A stretch of DNA of 64,000 nt. Origin: an uncultured virus (IMG/VR IMGVR_UViG_3300029922_000048). Taxonomy: Duplodnaviria > Heunggongvirae > Uroviricota > Caudoviricetes. The stretch lies in the IMG/VR virus record IMGVR_UViG_3300029922_000048; one strand, 5' to 3'. Positions 46,895 to 54,740 of this stretch are shown here, in pieces. Below the pieces are notes generated by a model. It was given only the letters and a program-made list of their open reading frames with translations, made no database searches and was not told where the DNA came from. Numbering within the stretch: position 1 is the first letter of the stretch; the number at the start of each line of letters is the position of its first letter. Both the position numbers and the translations under genes were made by a program.

Positions 46895-47445
46895 ACACAA
46901 TTGTTGTTGATTTAGCAGAACTTTACTGTTTGGGTAGAATCGTTGGTGAGAAGCCTCCTCAATCGCTGTTTCCGGTGCCGGTCTTGTTTTGTTTCTCGGA
47001 GCAACAGGAAGACACCAGCAACATCTTTGAGTACACGCTCCATACGCTCGGGGTTGGATATCTGACTCCTCAGCTGATTGAATATCCGTTCATCATCGAG
47101 AACCGGGTAGGGGAACACGTCTTCCGATCTCAGAGTCGGGATGCCGTGTACTGCTACCCGTTCAACCTCCTTGACGAGAGGTTAGTTGACAAGTATATTG
47201 TCAACCTCATAAGACGGAGCACAGGTGAAAACTTGGGAGCCCAGACGATGACTGGGCAGGAGCTGACCAGCATGCGTGGTACATTGGCGGACGAATATGT
47301 GGTGGTGTCATTGCCAGCATTGTTCCACACCAAGCGTCTTCATGATGTTAGGTACAAGATTGACGCAGGACGGATTTACGAAAACAAGGGTAACTTCGCG
47401 TGGAAGCGAACATTCCCGTACGACATAATGGACCAAAATGCCTAG
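46891..47445 (+). CDS. Hypothetical protein
   Basis: Overlaps helicase and polymerase. Confidence 0.55.
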   Translation: MNTIVVDLAELYCLGRIVGEKPPQSLFPVPVLFCFSEQQEDTSNIFEYTLHTLGVGYLTPQLIEYPFIIENRVGEHVFRSQSRDAVYCYPFNLLDERLVDKYIVNLIRRSTGENLGAQTMTGQELTSMRGTLADEYVVVSLPALFHTKRLHDVRYKIDAGRIYENKGNFAWKRTFPYDIMDQNA

Positions 47446-50281
47446 ACAACCGCGATCAGTTCAACTCGAAATGGTGCCTGATGAGCCAGTAGATCATCAG
47501 GCCAATTTCCTAACTCAGAAGCAGAAGGATGCCGCAGGCTATTCGCTATGCCCTGGGTGGGGAAATACAGAAGCTCCGTTGATGATCGTGGGAGCATACC
47601 CGACCCATGACGACCTGGAGAATGGGTCCATGCTGTCGGCGTCACAGTCAGGTCAGGAACTGCAACGTTCACTCACACAGGCTGGATTCAAGATGGAGGA
47701 CTACTGGATCACCTCCATGTACAAGTCGGGCCTCGGCAGCAAGACCAAGCCCACGGGCGAGCAGATCAAGGCGCACTTCCACTACCTCGAAGCTGAGCTG
47801 GCGATTGTGAAGCCCAAGCTGATCATTGCATTGGGGGCAGAACCCTTTAAGCGAATCATGAAGGCCAACATGGGGGTGTCGAAGTTCATCGGTGAGGCCA
47901 TCGATTGCCCCTACGGATGCAAGGTCATGGCCAATCACGCACCCGCTACGGTGTTCATGTTTGATCCCACAAAACGACCTGAGTTCGATGAAATATTCAT
48001 TCGGGCCAAGCAGATTCTAGACGGCACCACCCACTACGTCCCATTTGAGTGGATGGTTATCGACTCCGTGCCGGTCGCCCAGGCGGTCGTGCAACACTAC
48101 ATTGACACTAAACAATTCGACATCGGATACGATGCTGAGTGGTTCGGCAAGAAGTGGAGTGACGACGAAGTCATGCATACATTCCAGTTCTCCTGCGAAG
48201 ACCACAAGGCGTGGATTCTCGACATATCGAAGGATGGTACTACGGAGAACCGGGAGCTACTGGATTGTATGAAGCCGTTGATCTGTCACCCTGAGGCCCG
48301 CCGTATGGGCTGGAATGTCAGGGCCGACGATAAACGACTCCGCCATCGTGGGTTCGTGATTCCGGAGGAGACCTTGGTTATGGATGGGATGAAATTTGTG
48401 GCGCTGCTGGATTCTCGTTGGGCGAAGAACCTGTCTACAGGTATTCTGAAGTTCACTCAATATGAGCCCTACTACAACGATCTGGCGTTGAAGCTAAAGG
48501 AACACAAACTCGACGATGGAGAGCTGAGTAAACTCAAGTTTCTGGAACCAGAGATATTCTGGAAGTACTGCGCTGGTGATGCCGTAGCTCATAGAACAGC
48601 ATGTTTGAATATGTTAAAGGTAATGCCTGATCGTCATCGAAAGTACTTTAACGAGGTTTATCTGCCATTCACCAACTACCTACTTGATCTTGAGATTACC
48701 GGCATACCGGTCGATCAGGATGTTATGCGAGACATTACGGAAAAGTACGTTAGTAAGTTCAATGAACTTAAGACCAAGTTGAATGAGCTGTTGGCTAAGC
48801 TCGGGATTGTGGACTTCAACCCCAACTCCCCACCCCAGAAGAAGAATCTCTTGTTCGAGGTAATGAAGTTGGAGCCAGTTTACTACACGAAGGCCGGTAA
48901 AGCCGCTAAACCCCGTGCGTGGTACAACAAGCAGAAAAAGCAGACTCAGTCCCTGTACAGCCCATCCACGAATGGTAAGTCATTATCAACGATGGTGTTT
49001 GAGCTGAAGCAGAAAATGGATAACCTATCTCCAGAGTCAGACCCAGGTGATATCGAGACTTACGAGGCAGTTTCGATCAAACACAACATCGTCCATACTC
49101 TGTTGAGCATGAACCGCGTCGGCGTATTCGCCAATAAGTTCTTGTCACAGCGTGGCGTTGACATGACAGAGTTTGATCCGGAGGATTTCGTAGAGGATAC
49201 TGATACCGAAGAGGGTGAGCGTGAGGTCGGGGAAGAGCCCCTGAAGCAGAGCTATTGGGCAGCCTTATGTCATGACGGTAGAATCCACGCGGACTTCTTT
49301 GAATGCTTGAAGAATTTCCGTAGTTCGTCGCGTCCGAACATCCAAAACCCAGCTTCTAAAGTGTTGAGTTATATTCCGGACATTTTTGTTCCTGGATATA
49401 ATGAAATGAGCAAAGAACTGAAGAAGGCAAATGAGCATCTGATTCCTAAGAACATCCGAAATATCTTCTACAGTGGTCATCCAGACTATCTGTGGTGTGA
49501 GGTTGACGTGGCGGGTGCAGATTTGATGATTGCTGCTTACTTGAGTCGGGACCCCAACTACATCCAGGATATGCTGGAAGGTGGATTCCACCTCAAGAAA
49601 GCGCGCGAGTACTTCAATGACCCCAACGTATCGAAGGATGACTACAGTAAGTACGTGGGAGCCAAATCGATTACGTTCAGGGTGGCCTATACGGCAGGCC
49701 TGGAGTCTGCAGCGCTTCCGATCCAAGCTGAGATTTTCGCTGAGAGTGGTCATTGGCTCAACGAAGACCTGATCAAGTATGCACTCGGCACATGGCGGCG
49801 TTACACCCGCTATATGGATTATCGGGATGCTTGTACCAAATCAGCGCTGGAATTGGGGTACATCGAAAATGCGCGAGGGATGAGACTGTCGTTCGAATCG
49901 ACCGATAATAACTCCATTCAAGCTTCGTACCAGAATCAGAGCCTGGCATTTCCGATTGCATCGGAGCTGCCCTGCTTCCTGTATGACATCTCGGTGCAGA
50001 TGAAGCGGTTTCTCCAGAAAGAGGGGTTGTGGCTCAAGTATGTGTACCCAGTCAATCAGGTCCACGATGCGAGTTACTGGTTGATCCACAAGGACCTTAT
50101 GAAGAGCGACTACTTCGCAGAAATCTGTAAGTATTTCTTCACCGACAAGGTTAGGATCGCAACCGGGGACGCGCTCGGGATGGAGATGAATGTCAGCGAC
50201 CGGTGGAAGGGCAAAAACGTGGTGTTCGGCAAAGAGACAGCTTGGAACTTCAAAACCCGTACATGGGATTGGAAAGGTTAA
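47438..50281 (+). CDS. polA: Family A DNA polymerase with N-terminal UDG-like domain and 3'-5' exonuclease
   Basis: UDG-like GWGN..A.LMIVG, KPKLIIALG; exo YDAE, WNVRAD, YCAGD; pol LEITGIPVD, FNPNS..Q, RSSSRPNIQN, motif A EVDVAGADL, motif B AKSITF, motif C QVHDA. Confidence 0.92.
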   Translation: MPRQPRSVQLEMVPDEPVDHQANFLTQKQKDAAGYSLCPGWGNTEAPLMIVGAYPTHDDLENGSMLSASQSGQELQRSLTQAGFKMEDYWITSMYKSGLGSKTKPTGEQIKAHFHYLEAELAIVKPKLIIALGAEPFKRIMKANMGVSKFIGEAIDCPYGCKVMANHAPATVFMFDPTKRPEFDEIFIRAKQILDGTTHYVPFEWMVIDSVPVAQAVVQHYIDTKQFDIGYDAEWFGKKWSDDEVMHTFQFSCEDHKAWILDISKDGTTENRELLDCMKPLICHPEARRMGWNVRADDKRLRHRGFVIPEETLVMDGMKFVALLDSRWAKNLSTGILKFTQYEPYYNDLALKLKEHKLDDGELSKLKFLEPEIFWKYCAGDAVAHRTACLNMLKVMPDRHRKYFNEVYLPFTNYLLDLEITGIPVDQDVMRDITEKYVSKFNELKTKLNELLAKLGIVDFNPNSPPQKKNLLFEVMKLEPVYYTKAGKAAKPRAWYNKQKKQTQSLYSPSTNGKSLSTMVFELKQKMDNLSPESDPGDIETYEAVSIKHNIVHTLLSMNRVGVFANKFLSQRGVDMTEFDPEDFVEDTDTEEGEREVGEEPLKQSYWAALCHDGRIHADFFECLKNFRSSSRPNIQNPASKVLSYIPDIFVPGYNEMSKELKKANEHLIPKNIRNIFYSGHPDYLWCEVDVAGADLMIAAYLSRDPNYIQDMLEGGFHLKKAREYFNDPNVSKDDYSKYVGAKSITFRVAYTAGLESAALPIQAEIFAESGHWLNEDLIKYALGTWRRYTRYMDYRDACTKSALELGYIENARGMRLSFESTDNNSIQASYQNQSLAFPIASELPCFLYDISVQMKRFLQKEGLWLKYVYPVNQVHDASYWLIHKDLMKSDYFAEICKYFFTDKVRIATGDALGMEMNVSDRWKGKNVVFGKETAWNFKTRTWDWKG

Positions 50282-50283
50282 CA

Positions 50284-50598
50284 ATGATTACAGACTATAT
50301 GGCAATTCCTCACACTGATGTGGTGGAATTCAACAAGGACTGCAACCGGCTCATCAAAGCTGGCTGGCAGCCCCACGGTAGTATGACAGTGATACGATTG
50401 ACGGATGTAATTGACCAACAGTCTGGTCAAACTGTAGCGATGCTGCAGTACATTCAGCCGTTCATGAGAACCTCAATTCAGAAGAAGGCCCAAGAGGCAA
50501 TTCTCGAAAAGAAGGCAGCAATCCAGAAGGAAGCCGCCCATGCATCGGTTAAAGCAAAGTACAATGCTCCAGCCGCTACCGCACTCACAACACTCTAA
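50284..50598 (+). CDS. DUF1737-like protein
   Basis: LIKAGWQPHG...YIQ. Confidence 0.55.
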   Translation: MITDYMAIPHTDVVEFNKDCNRLIKAGWQPHGSMTVIRLTDVIDQQSGQTVAMLQYIQPFMRTSIQKKAQEAILEKKAAIQKEAAHASVKAKYNAPAATALTTL

Positions 50599-50601
50599 AT
50601 T

Positions 50602-50793
50602 ATGTGGATAATTGAAACTCCAAGTGCCTACCGACCCATGCACAACTGCCTGCTGGGTGCTGGTAAGACTGAGAATGAGGCCTGGGAGGACGCCTACGAG
50701 ATGCCCGCTGGGAAGGCCAAACGCAAGCATCGTGAAGCTTGGTCCAAGGAAGTAACTGAAGATGAATACGAGGAACGTCGTGCCCTGGCCTAA
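50602..50793 (+). CDS. Small hypothetical protein
   Basis: LGAGKTENEAWEDA. Confidence 0.5.
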   Translation: MWIIETPSAYRPMHNCLLGAGKTENEAWEDAYEMPAGKAKRKHREAWSKEVTEDEYEERRALA

Positions 50794-51115
50794 ACAACCC
50801 CCTCGGGCGGTTGCCGCTGAGGTAATCCTCCTCCAACTCTACCGCTCCACAGTCCGTCCCTTCAATGTCTTCGGTAACAGTAACCGAGACGCCATCCAAG
50901 CCCAGATTGATGTGCTGCAGAGCAACATGACCGGCGAGAAGATCGAGGACGAGTGGGGGATGGAGGGTGAAGACCCCTGCGAGCACACCTACGATTCAGC
51001 CAACTACGCTCGCCGTTGGCTCGATGGCGAAGAGCAGGATAGTCCCTCCAAGGACTGGAAACCTCTCCTGATGGTGGAATCACCTGCGGAGCCAAAACCT
51101 AAAAAGAAAAAATAA
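50762..51115 (+). CDS. Hypothetical protein
   Basis: FG.SNRDAI.AQI.VL...A..WLDG; start uncertain. Confidence 0.5.
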   Translation: MNTRNVVPWPKQPPRAVAAEVILLQLYRSTVRPFNVFGNSNRDAIQAQIDVLQSNMTGEKIEDEWGMEGEDPCEHTYDSANYARRWLDGEEQDSPSKDWKPLLMVESPAEPKPKKKK

Positions 51116-51372
51116 TGGAAATATTTCCACCCGTAATAGCCCTGATAGCCGCCGTTCTGTACGGTGCTGCGTTTCTGACGTGGCATAAAGTCCGAGCCAA
51201 CTGGTACATGAGCCCCGCCTTGTTTAATTGGGCTAGTAGGATACTGAACGTCATAGCCTACATTCTGTTTGGTCTAGCGACGTTCCTGATTCTTCTAGAT
51301 GTCCTGCTCGGACTCAGCCTAACTGTAGTGTATTTCTACTGGCTCCTAACCCCAACCCAACCTGCTCAATGA
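51115..51372 (+). CDS. Small membrane protein (2-3 TM)
   Basis: Hydrophobic segments. Confidence 0.55.
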   Translation: MEIFPPVIALIAAVLYGAAFLTWHKVRANWYMSPALFNWASRILNVIAYILFGLATFLILLDVLLGLSLTVVYFYWLLTPTQPAQ

Positions 51373-51539
51373 ACATCTATACCTCTATAATCGTTTGTGT
51401 AATGCTACTCGGTTTCTCGTTGTACGTGCTTCGATACGGAAGTGGCGTTTTCAAATTCATCGGGATCATACTCCTGTTGGGAGGTTTCGCCCTCGCATCT
51501 GAATTGTTTCTGAAGGCATTCCAGTCGCTCAACCCGTAG
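51369..51539 (+). CDS. Small 2-TM membrane protein (56 aa, below ORF-track cutoff)
   Basis: ATGA overlap; MNIYTSIIVCVMLLGFSLYVLRYGSGVFKFIGIILLLGGFALASELFLKAFQSLNP. Confidence 0.5.
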   Translation: MNIYTSIIVCVMLLGFSLYVLRYGSGVFKFIGIILLLGGFALASELFLKAFQSLNP

Positions 51540-52416
51540 ATTTTTGAACCCAGTTTCTCTTTAGAGTCTTGAGTTGTTCAAGTGAATAACCGGTAGCGGA
51601 TGATACCGCATTCGCAGCGTCGGATTCAGTTGAAAAGCATCCAATATGTTTGTCCAACTGATTTCTGGCGGTCCACAGAGAACCTTTCTTCATAAATGAA
51701 ACGTATTTGTAAACAGAGGTTTTGCGTTGCCTTTCAACTAATTGTTTCGCAAAATCAACCTTCTTATACTCTTCTAGCTTGTCAGGAAAATTGAGGTTGC
51801 TCTGAGGTCCAAACAAGTTGATAGTTGCAACATCGTAGGCCTCGGCGGCTGCTTGCTTGGAATGAAACGTTCCTAGCGCGATTTGTCTGCCGTCATATCG
51901 AATGTTGGACCGGTATCCTTTGTTATTGGCACTTAAAATAACTCCTACATGGAGAGTTGTATTGAATCTCGAACCCGTTTTTAGGACTCCGCGACATTTC
52001 AAACCAGCGGCGCTACATTGAAGTTTATTTTTTGGATTTTTGAAAAACTGTTTCAACGTATTACTGATATTGATCTTTTGTTGTTCTGAAATGATTCTAG
52101 GCTTGGAAAATGGGTTTCCTTCTCCTCCTCTTGTGGAATTGGTGAGTCGAATCCCCAACTTACTGAAGCAAGTCACCCAATATTGCTCACGTGTCGAACC
52201 GTTACGGATATCAGTTTTTTCAAGAATTATTAGCTCAGGTCTAACCCCTTCAGACAACAAGGATTTGATCCACATATTTTTGTGGGTGTGAGGAGTTAGA
52301 CGCTTCGGTTGTACATGTTCAATTAGTCGTTTGTTAATCCGAAACTCGGAAGATTTTCCAACGTAACGTGGAATTTTATTGCGAGGATCGCGTAAGCAGT
52401 AAATGAAAACTAACAT
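51529..52416 (-). mobile_element. Free-standing GIY-YIG homing endonuclease with AP2 DNA-binding domains
   Basis: FIYCLRDP...YVGKS, R..EH, E..W, LTN...GGEG; two AP2-like repeats (LGTFHSKQAAAEAYD, IGCFSTESDAA); AT-rich, opposite strand. Confidence 0.85.
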
Positions 52417-52422
52417 AATTTT

Positions 52423-52451
52423 AGACTACACTATACCGGTGTGGTCGTCAA
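52423..52451 (-). promoter_or_regulatory. Promoter TTGACG-N17-TAGTCT, 6 nt before ATG of the endonuclease
   Basis: -35 at 52451-52446, -10 at 52428-52423, ATG at 52416. Confidence 0.65.
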
Positions 52452-52457
52452 TACGAA

Positions 52458-53186
52458 ATGTATGAATCACTCAGTTTAAGTCAGAATCGTAAAACATGTT
52501 TTTACCCCGCCCATAAGAACACGTTCGCAATTATGCACGGGTTACCGGAAGAAGGTGGAACATGCCCCGGTGCTACTATGGGACCTGGTGGATGTCTAGC
52601 TAAGATAAAAGGGCGAGTGACATGTTATACTGAAAAGACTCACCGGCTTTACCCAAAGTACTCTGAAATGGTAAAACGCAACACAGAATTGTTGCGTGAC
52701 AAATCAGAAAATGAATTGGTGATCATCTTGAGAAACACAGTAATGAAGTTCCTCTTGAACGGTGGTTACAAAGCCCAATATTTTCGTATACACATGGAGG
52801 GGGATTTTTTCTCTCAGGACTACACCAAGGCATGGGCCAGAGTGATCCAGGAGTGGCCTACGGTGAGGTTCTGGGTCTACACTAGAAGCTTCTGGGCGGT
52901 CCCGCTGTTGGTGGACTGCAAGAATCTATCGATCTATCTATCGTGTGATCCCCAGAACATTGAGAATGCCCGGACCTGGCTGGACATTTATGGGAAGAAT
53001 ACCAATGTCGGGATGGCTTGGATGGGAGATTCCGTTCCTGACGGGTTACCCAAGACAGTAGTATGCCCAGAGCTTTCAGGAAAAGTTAAGAACACAAAGG
53101 ATCATGGAGCCTGTTCGAAATGCAGGCTTTGTATGATCCATACAGAAACCATCAAACTCAGGAACATCCAGTTTCCTTTGCACTAG
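52458..53186 (+). CDS. GP88-family (radical-SAM-like Fe-S) protein
   Basis: TCPGA...GC...CY, FRIH..GDF, WVYTR, NL..YLS.D, VCP...CSKCRLC. Confidence 0.75.
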   Translation: MYESLSLSQNRKTCFYPAHKNTFAIMHGLPEEGGTCPGATMGPGGCLAKIKGRVTCYTEKTHRLYPKYSEMVKRNTELLRDKSENELVIILRNTVMKFLLNGGYKAQYFRIHMEGDFFSQDYTKAWARVIQEWPTVRFWVYTRSFWAVPLLVDCKNLSIYLSCDPQNIENARTWLDIYGKNTNVGMAWMGDSVPDGLPKTVVCPELSGKVKNTKDHGACSKCRLCMIHTETIKLRNIQFPLH

Positions 53187-53197
53187 TATCAATAATT

Positions 53198-54130
53198 ATG
53201 TCAACTAAGAACAAGCCCAAAGCCAAAGCAGTCAAGAAGCAGATCGCACTCGTCGAAAAGATGAGCCAGAAGGAAATCAAGCTCAACAAGGCCAACCCCA
53301 CGGATCGCCTTGATGAGATTATCGCCAAGGTTCGTGTCCATTACATCAACGAAGGTGACCAGGAAGGTTATCTGTGGATCAAGGACATCGAACAGGCTGG
53401 TGGTGGTGCCCTCCTGAAGGGCCTCACGGAATCGAAGATTCTCAAGAAGGCTGTTGCGTGGAATGGCAACGGCCAGATTCGTCGTCTGGTGCTGGAGAGT
53501 GTGCTTCGCGACCATGTCGATAGCGAAGGAGCTGAGCCAACCAAATCCAAGGGCTCGACTTCCACGCCCTCGGATGAGCTGAGCAAGGTCTCCAAGATCG
53601 CTAAGGGTAAGCCCGACATGTCGGTAGTACCGGATGCCAAGCACCGTACTGTTGTGGATGTTCCTGGACTCAAGGGTGGTGTGACCCGCATCAATGTGCT
53701 GATCACCCAGAAGGAAAAGGACGCCGCTAGACTCACCCACGTCCCCCAGACGTTCGCTGAGATCAAGGCAGCCCTGCGCCCGACCGCCGATATCGAGTTC
53801 GATGTCAAAGCAGAGGCTATCGCAGAGTACTGCAAGGCCTACTCAGCTAAGCTGATCGAACGTGGCAAGCTCTCCAAGGCAGACCTCCAGGCTACTGAGC
53901 GCTGGGCCTACCGTGAACCTCGCCGCTTGCTCTACACTGAGTTTGAGCGTATCTTCGCTGCAGACCCGGTCGTGAAGGAATTCGTAAAGAACCGTAAGGC
54001 CCTTCCGGACGGCAGCGATCAGTCCTACATCCGTGCCATCCACGCCGCAGGCTTGATCGACAAGCTCCATAACGTCGCTCAGGCGGCGTTCGAGGACTAC
54101 CTGGCCAAACCCGCAACCACCAACGCCTAA
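53198..54130 (+). CDS. Basic hypothetical protein
   Basis: Lys-rich ORF of about 310 aa, start re-called at ATG 53198. Confidence 0.6.
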   Translation: MSTKNKPKAKAVKKQIALVEKMSQKEIKLNKANPTDRLDEIIAKVRVHYINEGDQEGYLWIKDIEQAGGGALLKGLTESKILKKAVAWNGNGQIRRLVLESVLRDHVDSEGAEPTKSKGSTSTPSDELSKVSKIAKGKPDMSVVPDAKHRTVVDVPGLKGGVTRINVLITQKEKDAARLTHVPQTFAEIKAALRPTADIEFDVKAEAIAEYCKAYSAKLIERGKLSKADLQATERWAYREPRRLLYTEFERIFAADPVVKEFVKNRKALPDGSDQSYIRAIHAAGLIDKLHNVAQAAFEDYLAKPATTNA

Positions 54131-54137
54131 ATCAACC

Positions 54138-54698
54138 ATGGAAACACCCAAGAACGAAACCAACGCAGCGTCAGTAGTGCTGGCCCCGGCTGATGCCGGT
54201 GGCCAGGAGATGTACATCGTGTCAACCGCCAGTCAAAACGGCGATGACGAAAAATCCATGAGTCTCGACGATGCTGTCGATTATCTCATGGAGGTGTATC
54301 GTACCAAGCAGATGTTCATCAATGTCAATGAAGTGATGTTCCACCCTGTGGCTCGCTTCAGTGGTACCCCTGAGGACAACAAGATTGTACAGCAGGATCG
54401 CATGCGCTTGCGCAATCTCATTCTGACCAACACCATCAAGGTAGAGGGTCAGCCTGCTGTCAAGCCTGACATCCAGGTCTACGGTCGTATCAAGGGTGGA
54501 GGACTGGCCTCCACCCCCGCCGATACTCAACTCGTCGAGGAGGTCGATCCTTTTGCCTATAAGAACTTCCTGAGTGCTTATGCGGCGAAGCGGATCGCTA
54601 CCAAGATTGCCGAGGACGACGCTGAAGACCCCCAGACGCTGGAGAACCGCGTCCTTCACCTCACCAAGATCATCCTGGCTGAGGTCAACTCACAGTAA
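54138..54698 (+). CDS. Putative ubiquitin-like (beta-grasp) precursor with internal IKGG and C-terminal extension
   Basis: strand-NG-strand-helix-strand pattern ending IQVYGRIKGG (GG at 54495-54500); upstream of JAB and ThiF genes. Confidence 0.5.
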   Translation: METPKNETNAASVVLAPADAGGQEMYIVSTASQNGDDEKSMSLDDAVDYLMEVYRTKQMFINVNEVMFHPVARFSGTPEDNKIVQQDRMRLRNLILTNTIKVEGQPAVKPDIQVYGRIKGGGLASTPADTQLVEEVDPFAYKNFLSAYAAKRIATKIAEDDAEDPQTLENRVLHLTKIILAEVNSQ

Positions 54699-54740
54699 CC
54701 CAAATGCGGCGGAAGGTCCGACCCCTACCGCTACTCCCCC

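Noticed and set aside
47438..50281. Intein or intron in polymerase, helicases or terminase
   Set aside because: ORFs are continuous, motifs are normally spaced, and no C...HN intein ends or LAGLIDADG motifs were seen; the acidic insert in PolA is short
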